A DNA stretch of 63,960 bases, the filler included, from Collodictyon triciliatum (lineage: Eukaryota): the NCBI GenBank assembly GCA_043381765.1. It is 8 parts of 8 records of this genome, joined end to end, with 100 filler letters (N's around TTAATTAATTAA, not from the genome) between each part and the next. Parts side by side here need not be neighbours in the genome. Positions count along the whole stretch, not along the records: positions 33,158 to 42,099 come from JBHJMP010003220.1; positions 42,200 to 51,135 come from JBHJMP010003221.1; 6 more parts are not named here. The stretch is one strand, 5' to 3'. Below, piece after piece: positions 33,870 to 45,232 of the stretch; position 1 is the first letter of the stretch, and each line of letters starts with the position of its first letter. A program made the position numbers and the translations under genes. The notes below the pieces were generated by a model that searched no databases, was not told the DNA's origin, and saw nothing but the letters and a program-made list of their open reading frames with translations.

Positions 33870-36800
33870 ATGAGGAAAAGTCTACAACTTCAGCAAATAA
33901 TACTGGGTAAGCCCTTTTCATTTCTAATCATTCTCTTTTCTATTATAACATATTCGTCTATTAGTTGCCACCATCCTTGTATACATTTCGTGTTCTTCTG
34001 CGCAAGTTTATTCGATTTACACTGTCGGAACGGGCCATACAAGTACTGTGTGGAGTGTTGCTATTACTTCTGATGGTTCAAAAATTGTTTCAGGGAGTTC
34101 TGATAAAACAATAAACATTTGGTATTTTTCTGATGGAGCTTTGATTCGCACATTAACTGGTCATATTAGTGATGTTTACAGTGTTGCTGTTACTCCCGAT
34201 GGTTCTAAAATTGTTTCTGGAAGCACTGACCGAACAATCAAAATCTGGAATCTTTCTGACGAAGCTTTGATTCGCACATTAACTGGTCATAACGATGGTA
34301 TTTGGAGTGTTGCTGTTACTCCTGATGGTTCAAAAATTGTTTCAGGAAGTTGGGATAACAATATTAAAATTTGGAATCTTTCTGATGGAGCTTTGATTCG
34401 CACATTGACTGGTCATACCCGAAATGTTCGCAGTGTTGCTGTTACTCCCGATGGTTCAAAAATTGTTTCAGGAAGTTGGGATAACAATATTAAAATTTGG
34501 AATCTTTCTGATGGAGCTTTGATTCGCACATTGACCGGTCATACTTCTTATGTTCAAAGTGTTGCAATTTCTCCTGATGGTTCAAAAATTGTTTCTGGAA
34601 GTGAAGATTATACAATCAAAATATGGAATCTTTCTGATGGAGCTTTGATTCGCAACTTGACTGGTCATGCTGGCATTGTTCAAAGTGTTGCTGTTACTCC
34701 CGATGGTTCAAAAATGGTCTCTGGCAGTTATGATAATACAATCAAAATCTGGAATATTTCTGATGGAGCTTTGATTCGCACATTGAGTGGTCATACTAGT
34801 ACTGTTCTAAGTGTTTTCGTATCCCCTGATGGCTCAAAAATTATTTCTGGGAGCCATGACCGAACTGTTAAACTTTGGAATTTTCTTGATGGAAGTCCTG
34901 TATACACCAGAGGTTCCAAAGTTACAAGTATCATTTCTTCTCAGTCTAAGTCAACTTTTATTTCAGGGCACTCAGATAATATTATAAGGATATGGAATCT
35001 GTTAAATGGAAATCTAATCAGGACATTTATTGGACATACAAGTGTCGTTAACGCACTGACTTTAACAGCAGATGGCTCCAAAGTAATTTCTGGAAGTTCA
35101 GACAAAAGAATAAAAGTATGGAATGTTGACGACGGTTCTTTGATTCAATCATTTGAAATTCATACTGATTCAGTGAGCTGCGTTACTTTGACAGCGGATG
35201 GAACCAGTATTATATCAGGAAGCAACGATAAAACAATCAAAATTACAAGTATTTCAGATGGAGCTGTAATTAGAACGTTAAGTGGACACACTGGAATAGT
35301 CACAAGCGTTGCTTTAACTCCTGACAGCTCAAAAATTGTGTCTGGCAGTGCGGAAAAAACAATTAAAGTTTGGAATTTTATTGATGGAACATTAGTTCAA
35401 GATATAAAATTTCACACTGATTCTGTGAACTGCGTTGTAATCACATCAGATGGAACAAAAATTGTTTCTGGAAGCAGCGATAAATCAATCAAAATAACAA
35501 GCATGTTGGATGGGAGCTTAATTCGCACACTTAATGGGCACACAGGAATCGTTAAGACAGCTATTATTTCTCCAGATGGCTCTAAAATTATTTCTGGAGG
35601 CAGTGATAATACAATAAGAATATGGAATTTTTCAACTGGAGTCACAATAAATATAATGAACGAACATAAAGGTCCAGTAAATGGAATATCAGTTGTTTCT
35701 GATGGCACGAAATTTTTGTCAGGAAGCGACGATACAACAATCAAATTGTGGAACTTTCCTGATTTCAGCTTGATTCTGACCGTTTCAGGCCACTCAAGTT
35801 CAGTGAATAGCGTTGCTTTGAGCCCAGATAAAACTAAAATTGTGTCAGGAAGTAGTGACAAAACAATAAGAATTTGGAATTATGCTGATGGTTCTCAAGT
35901 GCTTTCGATAAATGCCCATGTAAATGCTGTAAATAGTGTAGTTGTTTCGGCTGATGGAACAAAAATAGTGTCAGGAAGCAGTGATGGCACAATAAAAATG
36001 TGGAATTTCTCGGATGGTTTATTATTGAAAACATTTAGCGGACATACTTCAGCTGTTCGAAGCGCAGCAATATCATCAGATAGTTCAACAATAGTATCAG
36101 GAAGTGACGATACAAATATAAATGTTTGGAGAGTTTCAGATGGAATTTTAACTCGAACATTATCTGGACATACAAAAGGAGTGAATTCTGTTTTTATCAT
36201 TCCTGATAATACCAAAATTATATCAGGCAGTGCTGATTTTTCGATAATAATATGGAATCTATCAGATGGAGCATTACTCAGAACACTTACCGGTCACGGA
36301 AATGCTGTCAGATGTGTCATTAACTCTCTAGATGGAACAAGAATCATATCTGGAAGCAGCGATAACACAATCAAAATTTGGAATATATCAGATGGCACGT
36401 TAATTAGAACAATAACAGGACATACGAGTTCAGTAAATAGCATTTCAATATCATCTGATGGAACAAAATTATATTCTGGGAGCAGTGATAAATCGGTAAA
36501 AATATGGACATTATCAGACGGAAGAGAAATTCGAACACTTCTGAGTCACACCGATTCCGTCAATAGTGTTTTCGCAACTATTGATTCAAAAATAATTTCA
36601 GCAAGCACTGATAGATTTATCAAAGTCTGGAGTCCATGCCAAGGAGGATATTTTTTCAATCAACAATCAAACACATGCGAAAAATGTCCAACTGGCTCTT
36701 ATAATAACGGAAATGAGCTCACATCTTGTTTATTATGTCCAACTGGAACTTATAATCCATCGACTGGCTCCACAAGCATTAAAGATTGTCTTCTGTGTGA

Positions 36801-39800
36801 GGAAGGGACATACAATAATCTTTTGGGTCAATCAATTTGCAAAAAATGCGAGGCTGGAACATTTAATAATCTAAAGGGTCAAGTGGCATGTAGTAATTGC
36901 ACTGCTGGATTTTACAGCAATTCAGGAGATAAGTTATGTGCTCCATGCCTTGCAGGAACATTCAATCCAACCATCAGGGGTGCTGGAAATTCTTCATGTC
37001 TTTTATGCGAACCAGGAACATACAACAGCGTCGATGGAAAGTCGAGTTGTTTTGACTGTCCTGCTGGATTTTACATGAATGAGAAAGGAAAGCAATTTTG
37101 TAATCCATGCCCGACTGGAACTTACTCAAACAAAACAAAATCAATCACCTGTGAAAAATGCCCGGCTGGTTCCTACAATCCAAATGTTGCATCAATCAGC
37201 ATAAGCAACTGTCAGCCATGCCCTAAAGGAAGATATTCATCAAAATCAGGAGAATCATCATGCGAACTTTGTCAGCCTGGCTCATACAATCCACAAAGTG
37301 GTCAACACTCGTGCATCAATTGTACATATGGCACTTATAATCCAAAGTTTGGTTCAACAAGCAACTTCTCATGTATTAATTGTCCACAAGGCACTTTTGA
37401 AAATAGCTATAAAGACGATTGCACATCATGTCCAGCTGGTACATTCAACAATAAAACTGGCTCATTCAATCAATCATCATGCATTTCATGTCCAAATGGA
37501 AGCTACAGCCCAGAGAGAAGCTCATCATGCAGCTCATGCTCATCAGGATACTATCAAAAAGAAGGAATCACAAAAGACCCAAAATCATGCCATGCATGTC
37601 CAAAAGGCACATTTAACTCAATATCCGGCTCATATGGATATAAATCATGTAATGAATGTCCACAAGGTACTTGGAATGATAAAAACGGTCAAGCATCATG
37701 TGCATCATGCCCAGCGGGTACATTCAACAACAAAACTGGCTCGTTCGATCAATCATCATGTATTTCATGTCCAAACGGAAGCTACGGCTCAGAGAGAAGC
37801 GCAACATGCAGCTTGTGTTTATCAGGATTCTATCAAAAAGAAGGAGTCATAAAAGATTCAAAATCATGCTATGCTTGTCCAAAAGGCTCATTCAATTCAA
37901 TATCCGGCTCATATGGGGACAAATCATGTATTGAATGTCCACAAGGTACTTGGAATGATAAAGATGGTCAAGCATCATGCACATCATGTCCAGCTGGTAC
38001 ATTCAACAATGAAACTGGCTCATTCAATCAATCATCATGTATTTCATGTTCATATGGAACCTACAGCTCAGCAGGAAGTTTATCATGCAGTTTGTGCTCA
38101 TCAGGATTCTATCAAAAAGAAGGAATAGCAAAAGACTCAAAATCATGCTACGCTTGTCCAAGAGGCACATTCAACTCAAACTCCGGCTCATATGGAAACA
38201 AAACATGTATTGAATGCCCACAAGGTACTTGGAATGATAGAGATGGTCAGGCATCATGCACATCGTGTCCAGCTGGTACATTCAACAACAAAACTGGCTC
38301 ATTTGATGAATCATCATGTATTGCATGTCCTAATGGAAGCTACAGCTCAGATAGAAGTTCATCATGCAGCTTATGTTTATCAGGATTCTATCAAAAAGAA
38401 GGAATCACAAAAGACTCAAAATCATGCTATGCTTGTCCAAAAGGCACATTCAACTCAAACTTCGGCTCATATGGAAACAAAACATGTATTGAATGCCCAC
38501 AAGGTACTTGGAATGATAGAGATGGTCAGGCATCATGCACATCGTGTCCAGCCGGTACATTCAACAACAAAACTGGCTCATTCAATCAGTCATTGTGCAT
38601 TTCATGTCCGAATGGGAGCTACAGCTCACCAGGAAGCTCATCATGCAATTCATGCTTATCAGGATTCTATCAAAAAGAGGACATCACAAAAGATTCAAGC
38701 TCATGCTATGCTTGTCCAAAAGGCACATTCAACTCAAAATCCGGCTCATATGGAAACAAATCATGTATTGAATGTCCACAAGGTACTTGGAATGAAAAAG
38801 ATGGCCAAGCATCATGCACATCATGTCCAGCTGGTACATTCAATAATAAAACTGGCTCATTTTATCAATCATCATGCATTTCATGTCCAAACGGAAGCTA
38901 CAGCTCAGAGAGAAGCTCATCATGCATTTTATGCTCACCAGGATTCTATCAAAAAGAAGATATCATAAAAGACTCACAATCATGCTATACTTGTCCAAAA
39001 GGCACATTCAATTCAAAATCCGGCTCGTATGGAAACTCTTCATGCATCGAATGTCCACAAGGTACTTGGAGTGATAGAGATGGTCAAGCATCATGCACAT
39101 CATGTCCAGCTGGTACATTCAATAACAAAACAGGCTCATTCAATCAATCATCATGCATTTCATGTCCAAATGGAAGCTACAGCCCAGAAAGGAGCGCATC
39201 ATGCACATTATGCTTACCAGGATTCTATCAAAAAGAAGACATTATAAAAGACTCGGAATCATGCTATACATGTCCAAAAGGCACATTCAACTCAAATTCC
39301 GGCTCACATGGGAACAAATCATGTATTGAATGTCCACAAGGCACTTGGAATGATAGAGATGGTCAAGCATCGTGCACATCATGTTCAGCTGGCACATTCA
39401 ACAACAAAACTGGCTCATTCGATGAATCATCATGCATTTCATGTCCAAATGGAAGCTACAGCTCAGAAAGAAGCGCATCATGCACATTATGTTCACCAGG
39501 ATTCTATCAAAAAGAAGACATTATAAAAGACTCGGAATCATGCTATACATGTCCAAAAGGCACATTCAACTCAAATTCCGGCTCATATGGAAACAAATCA
39601 TGCATTGAATGTCCACAAGGCACTTGGAATGATAGAGATGGTCAAGCATCATGTACATCATGTCCAGCTGGTTCATTCAACAACAAAACCTGCTCATTTG
39701 ATGAATCATCATGCATTTCATGTCCAAATGGAAGCTACAGCTCAGAAAGAAGCTCTTCATGCAGTTTGTGTTCATCAGGATTCTATCAAAAAGAAGGAAT

Positions 39801-42099
39801 CATAAAAGATTCACAATCATGCTATGAATGTCCAAAAGGCACATTCAACTCAATATCCGGCTCATATGGAAACAAATCATGTATTAAGTGCCCACAAGGT
39901 ACTTGGAATGATAGAGATGGTCAAGCATCATGTACATCATGTCCAGCTGGTACATTCAATAATAAAACTGGCTCATATAATCAATCGTCATGCATTTCAT
40001 GTCCAAATGGAAGCTACAGCTCAGAAAGAAGCTCTTCATGCAGTTTGTGCTTATCAGGATACTATCAAAAAGAAGGAATCATAAAAAACTCAAGCTCATG
40101 CTACACCTGCCCAAAAGGCACATTCAACTCAATATCCGGCTCATATGGAAACAAATCATGTATTAAGTGCCCACAAGGTACTTGGAATGATAAGTATGGT
40201 CAAGCATCATGCACATCATGTCCAGCTGGTACATTCAACAACAAAACTGGCTCATACAATGTATCATTATCATGTATTTCATGTCCAAATGGAAGCTACA
40301 GCTCAGAAAGAAGCTCATCATGCATCTCATGCTTATCTGGATTATATCAAAAGGAAGGAATCATAAAAGACTCGGAATCATGCTACACTTGTCCAAAAGG
40401 CACATTCAACTCAAACTCCGGCTCATATGGAAACATATCATGTATTCAATGTCCACAAGGCACTTGGAATGATAGAGACGGTCAAGCATCATGCACATCA
40501 TGTCCAGCTGGTACATTCAACGATAAAACTGGTTCATTTAATCAATCATCATGCATTTCATGTCCAAATGGAAGCTACAGCTCAGAAAGAAGCGCATCAT
40601 GCAGCTTATGCCCGACACGCTCAACCACAATTAAAGAAGGCTCCAAATCAATAGATGATTGCAAATGCTTAGATACTTATGTGTCATATGATGGCATTTG
40701 CACATGTCCTCCAGGACAATTCGAGGACGGAAGTGAATGTGTTTCGTGCAGACTTGGCTCATACAAACCAACAAACAGCACGAATTTCTGCTTATCTTGT
40801 GGTGATAAATTTACGACAAAAAACAATGGCTCTCTTTATTCAACCGATTGCGAATGCAAGATAGGATTTGAGTTGAGAAACTCCACTTGTGAATGCAAAC
40901 CAGGATGGTATGAAAAGCAAGGAAACTGCTACGAATGTCCTTCAGATACATACAGCGATGATTATGGACTAAAATATTGTAAAATGTGTCCTGAGGGATT
41001 TGAATGTCAAGGAACCAGTCAACCAACAGTTGCCCCTGGATATTGGCAGACTCAAACTAAAAATGGAGAATATGTCGCTTATAAGTGCTTGAATGAAAAT
41101 GCATGTAACGGAGGAAATAAAACTTGTGCTGATGGATACATTGGACCATTATGTAGTATTTGTGAAAATGGATACGGAAAAACTGGATATTATTGCACTA
41201 AATGCCCACCAAAAGGAGTGAACATATTCTTGATATTCCTGAGCTTTTTTATTCCACTAGCCTTTGTTTTCTTCATGATAGAGCAATCAAGACAAACAAG
41301 AACGGGAAATATTCAAATCTTGAAATCCCTCTCCTCACATTTCCAAGTTTTGTCATATTTGGCGAACTTTGATGTAAAATGGAGCTCAATCATAATTTCA
41401 GCTTTGAAAATTCCAGCCCTATTTTCATTTTCCCTTTCAATAGACAGCTACCCAATTGAATGCCAAATAGAAATGTCAGTGTATGAAAAATTATTGTTTA
41501 CGATGTTGAGTCCAGTAATTTTGACATTAATAATGCTAATATTCGTTTTGATGAAAGATTTGAGGAGACTTTACAAAAACGAGATTTCAAGAAGTAGCTT
41601 TACACTCAATCATTTTCGGGAAGAAATCATGTACTCGATGTTGGTCATGCTGTTTTTTGTCCATCCTTCAATCACATCAAGCGTCGCACAAATATTTCCA
41701 TGTGAAAAACTCGGAGATATAAGTTATTTGAAAGCTGATATGTCGATTTTATGCGAAGATGAAATTTACAAATTTTGGAGGAATATTTCTTTTGTTTTCC
41801 TTTTTGCCTATTGTATCGGCGGACCGCTCTTAATTTTAGTCAGAATCATTCGCAAAAGAACAGCACTGGCGAATCCAACTTCGAAAACATATGCACTTTT
41901 CAGATTTTTGATTGATGGATACACTGAAAAGTGCCAATACTGGGAGGTCGTCCTGATGATGCAAAAGTTGGTCATTGTGATGATAAGCACGTTCTTTCCT
42001 GCTTCGCTACAAATATACTTTGGTCTGTGGCTGCTGTTTCTGATGATTGCTTCGACCATTTATTTCAGGCCATTCATATCCAATGTGCTGAAAAAGTCA
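33870..42099 (+). CDS. Large surface protein: signal peptide, ~20 WD40 repeats, Cys-rich (GCC2/TNFR-like) stalk, multi-TM C-terminus (truncated)
   Basis: ATG at 33870 and a 58-nt GT-AG intron (33907-33964) give MRKSLQLQQIILVATILVYISCSSAQ in frame with track ORF 34048; CxxCPxGT repeats; GPLCSICENGY motif followed by TM helices. Confidence 0.9.
34030..34890 (+). repeat. Near-identical 126-bp WD40-coding tandem repeats (7 units)
   Basis: GATGG(T/C)TC(A/T)AAAAT recurs at 34072, 34198, 34324, 34450, 34576, 34702 and 34828. Confidence 0.92.
37420..40610 (+). repeat. 279-bp (93-aa) Cys-rich coding tandem repeat, about 11 units
   Basis: CPAGTFNNKTGS..CPNGSYS..GFYQKE..CPKGTFNS..CPQGTWND unit recurring with ~279-bp period. 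Confidence 0.92.
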
Positions 42100-42199
42100 N
42101 NNNNNNNNNNNNNNNNNNNNNNNNNNNNNNNNNNNNNNNNNNNTTAATTAATTAANNNNNNNNNNNNNNNNNNNNNNNNNNNNNNNNNNNNNNNNNNNN

Positions 42200-42225
42200 T
42201 TTATGTTAATCATGATTAACATAAA
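42200..42225. repeat. Perfect 26-bp palindrome at contig edge
   Basis: TTTATGTTAATCA|TGATTAACATAAA. Confidence 0.93.
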
Positions 42226-42420
42226 TTCACGACAGCCGCTTGGTATTTTTAATAAATAGCAATATGAATTTCCTATTTTAGGAAATATGGTAATTGCTAT
42301 TTTCCAGTTTTAGGAAATATTCATTGCTATATGAAAATTCAAAAATTCAATATTTTAATTCAAGTTGTAATTCAGGCTTAAAGATTTCTCGCTAATATAA
42401 ATTAATATCCCTACAACAAT

Positions 42421-42945
42421 ATGGCCGACGTAATTAAACCTAAACCTGAACGCAAGCAGCTTACTATGGAAGAAATTGAAAGAGACTATGAACCAACTAC
42501 CCTTACTGCTTTAAAAAAAGGAGACTACGTTGCATACAAAACAAAAGCTCGAACTTGGAAAAGTAAATCCGGGGATGAAGTAGAATATGCTTCAAAAATT
42601 AATCAAGGTTTTGTATCTATGCTTCCAGACCCAGACAAACAACAAGGCTTTCGTTCCACTGGTCTCATCTACGGATTCAAAGGAGCGAAGGGGGGTGCCT
42701 GGAGTCAGAATGAACGATTTGTTGAAAAAGTATGGAAAGTAAAAGATGAAGTATTTAAAAACCGAAAGAAAGCAAATGCTGAGAAAGCGTATAAAAAGAA
42801 AACAGAAAATTATAATAAACGCAAAAGTGACGAAGCAGAAGAATTTAAAAGTAATAAAAAGGCTGCTCAAGAAATTGAAGCTGACCCAGAGCTTTTAGAA
42901 CTCGCAAAGAAAGCTCGTAGGTTTAGACAAAAACAAACAGAATAA
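42421..42945 (+). CDS. Conserved unknown protein, homolog of 5383-5868
   Basis: GDYVAYKTKARTW...NQGFVS...GAWSQN, basic helical tail; convergent with the integrase. Confidence 0.85.
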   Translation: MADVIKPKPERKQLTMEEIERDYEPTTLTALKKGDYVAYKTKARTWKSKSGDEVEYASKINQGFVSMLPDPDKQQGFRSTGLIYGFKGAKGGAWSQNERFVEKVWKVKDEVFKNRKKANAEKAYKKKTENYNKRKSDEAEEFKSNKKAAQEIEADPELLELAKKARRFRQKQTE

Positions 42946-42971
42946 ATTTTTTATAAAATAAAAAATTTATT
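42941..42971. terminator. AT-rich hairpin (14-bp stem, 3-nt loop) between convergent stops
   Basis: AATAAATTTTTTAT-AAA-ATAAAAAATTTATT. Confidence 0.55.
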
Positions 42972-44933
42972 TTTTACTTTCTCTGCGTTTTTTATCTCTT
43001 TCACGTTCTCTTGCCAATTCTTTTTCTTTTTGTGATAGTGACATACTAGCTCTACGCATAGCTTGAGCTTCGGCGTTCTTTTTTTTAAATGCTTCTTCAC
43101 CCATAGCCTCCCTTTGTTTTTTTTCCTTTCAGCTCTAGCTACTGAAGCAGCTGTGGGTTGCTTTTTACTTGGTGGTATAGGTGTAGCACTTTCAGCTTGG
43201 ACTTCTGCTCTTTCAAGAATTCTTTTTTGTGCTTCTTTAATAAGGTCTTGTGCCTCATTGTATTCTCTCATAAGTTTTCTAAACTCAACTTCTGTTATAT
43301 CTTTTGTTTTTATTGGTTTAGGTATTTTACTTTTCTCTGCTATAATCTGTTCGTCAGATATAACAGCATAACCAGGTGGCAATGCTTCAAGGAGTTTATA
43401 CCCTGGTGGATTTTTTAAACCACCCTTTGCATCTACCTTGGCTTTGATTTGTGCATAGATTCTATTAACATCACTTGTCAATTCTGCAATATTCACACCC
43501 GCTTCTTCTCTTCGCCTCTCTATTTCCATTTGTTCTTTTCTTTTATCTTCATTTTCTTTTAATAAACGTTTTGTATCAGATATAGATCTTTTCAAAGGTA
43601 TTTTCTTTTTGCGCTCAACTTCTACAGACTTGGCTCTTTCTCTTAATTTTTCTTTAGTTTTATCTATTTGCGCTATAGTAGGTGGCTCAACAGCATCATC
43701 ATCATCATCAATAGCGGGTGGCTCTGGTGTATTGGGTGGAGCTTTTGTTTGTTTTGTTTTTAATATTTCTGGTTGGTCATCACCACCATCCTTTGCTTCT
43801 GTAAATGATACAGCCACTGGTTTATTTAAACTCTCTGCTGGAACTTTTAATAAATTTCCTCTCAGGAATCTTTTTGAATTTAACTTTGATTCTGGGATTC
43901 GTGCATTGTATCCCAAATCAGCAGCTCTGCTTAATTCTGCATTCACTTCTTTGATTTTATATTTCATAGCACGATATGGCAATTTTGAATTATACACTTT
44001 ATCAACTTTATATACGATAGGTCCCCACTTTGGCATAAAGCCTTTTTTTTCACTTATTTTCTTTCTTAATTCATTTGGAAGATTTAAACTCTCCATCGCA
44101 ATTCTTACAAAATCTCCTACATTTAATTTATCCCTTTTTTGTTTTTTAGCAATCTCATCTAGTCTTCCTATGTCTGCATCTAAAATCTTGTCAAAGTTTT
44201 CAGGAACCAATGCAACATTTGGAGCGACTCCAGTAGTTCTATTAATTTTATCATTTAAACCATCTACAATTTTTTGTAAATTATTTCTTCTAAAAGGACT
44301 CTTACCTGTTTCCATATAGTGTTTACCTAAAGCCCTTTTCAAATCTCCATTTGCTCGCTCGACAAACGCCTGAGACGTAGGTGTGTGTGGAGTTGAATAA
44401 ACCACTTTTTTTATTCTTAGTGTGTCTCTTGACCAAGAAGATAAAACCCTTTTTTTTTTACCATTTTCTGTTATTGGTGTTGTTAAAAATTTAAATTCAT
44501 TATCACATTGAATTACGGATAATCCTGGATATCTACCTTTAATTGATATTAGTGCATTTTGAACACTCTCAAGTTGTTTATTAATAATTTCTTCAGCAAA
44601 TAATTTTCTTGTTGCAGGTACTAAACCTACTAAAACATAATCATATTTAATTCGCTGATTATCTTCATTAAATTTTTTTGTATCTATTAAATCTATTTGC
44701 ATATAACCAGCATCTTCAATATTGAAGGCTGTTGTCTCTGTAGCTTTTGTTTTGGGTTGAGTTCGTTGATATGTTGTATTTGTTGATATAACTTTTTTTA
44801 TAAAACTCTTTGGTATGGTTGGAGGATTCATTTGAAAATATTGATATAAGGCATTTATACTTTTTTCAGGTCCACTTTCAAACTGACTTTGTATTCTATC
44901 TGTTCTTTGCTTATCACGTTCCTGTTTATTCAT
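42951..44933 (-). CDS. rve DDE integrase with long charged C-terminal extension (probable frameshift near the 3' end; corrected stop 42967)
   Basis: MQIDLID, IQCDNEF, PTSQAFVERANGDLK, GDFVRI, KGFMPKW; homologous to 4153-5382. Confidence 0.9.
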   Translation of the reverse strand: MNKQERDKQRTDRIQSQFESGPEKSINALYQYFQMNPPTIPKSFIKKVISTNTTYQRTQPKTKATETTAFNIEDAGYMQIDLIDTKKFNEDNQRIKYDYVLVGLVPATRKLFAEEIINKQLESVQNALISIKGRYPGLSVIQCDNEFKFLTTPITENGKKKRVLSSWSRDTLRIKKVVYSTPHTPTSQAFVERANGDLKRALGKHYMETGKSPFRRNNLQKIVDGLNDKINRTTGVAPNVALVPENFDKILDADIGRLDEIAKKQKRDKLNVGDFVRIAMESLNLPNELRKKISEKKGFMPKWGPIVYKVDKVYNSKLPYRAMKYKIKEVNAELSRAADLGYNARIPESKLNSKRFLRGNLLKVPAESLNKPVAVSFTEAKDGGDDQPEILKTKQTKAPPNTPEPPAIDDDDDAVEPPTIAQIDKTKEKLRERAKSVEVERKKKIPLKRSISDTKRLLKENEDKRKEQMEIERRREEAGVNIAELTSDVNRIYAQIKAKVDAKGGLKNPPGYKLLEALPPGYAVISDEQIIAEKSKIPKPIKTKDITEVEFRKLMREYNEAQDLIKEAQKRILERAEVQAESATPIPPSKKQPTAASVARAERKKNKGRLWVKKHLKKRTPKLKLCVELVCHYHKKKKNWQENVKEIKNAEKVKNKFFIL

Positions 44934-45018
44934 ATTTATATTAACATAAACTTTTTTATAAATAAACGTAACTTAAAGATAAATTGAAATTGTATTTTAT
45001 ATATAATTTCAATTAAAA

Positions 45019-45207
45019 ATGCCGCATCAATTCACAGCTGAAGAAATACAACAATTTAATTATTATTGCCTAGTAGAATGGGAGCTACCACTCGAAATCG
45101 TTCGCGACCTTGTCCGGTCTGCTATTAAACTCAAAAAACGCAATCGCAAAAGTTACATTGAAAGAAAACAAAAAAGAATATCACCTACGGAATCACCAAC
45201 AAAATAA
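45019..45207 (+). CDS. Small hypothetical protein (62 aa)
   Basis: Fills the integrase-helicase gap; AT-rich ATG context. Confidence 0.55.
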   Translation: MPHQFTAEEIQQFNYYCLVEWELPLEIVRDLVRSAIKLKKRNRKSYIERKQKRISPTESPTK

Positions 45208-45232
45208 ATAAACTGAGATTTATCATTGAAGT

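Noticed and set aside
37298-40654. His-rich repeated ORFs
   Set aside because: Alternate-frame readings of the Cys-rich repeat array.
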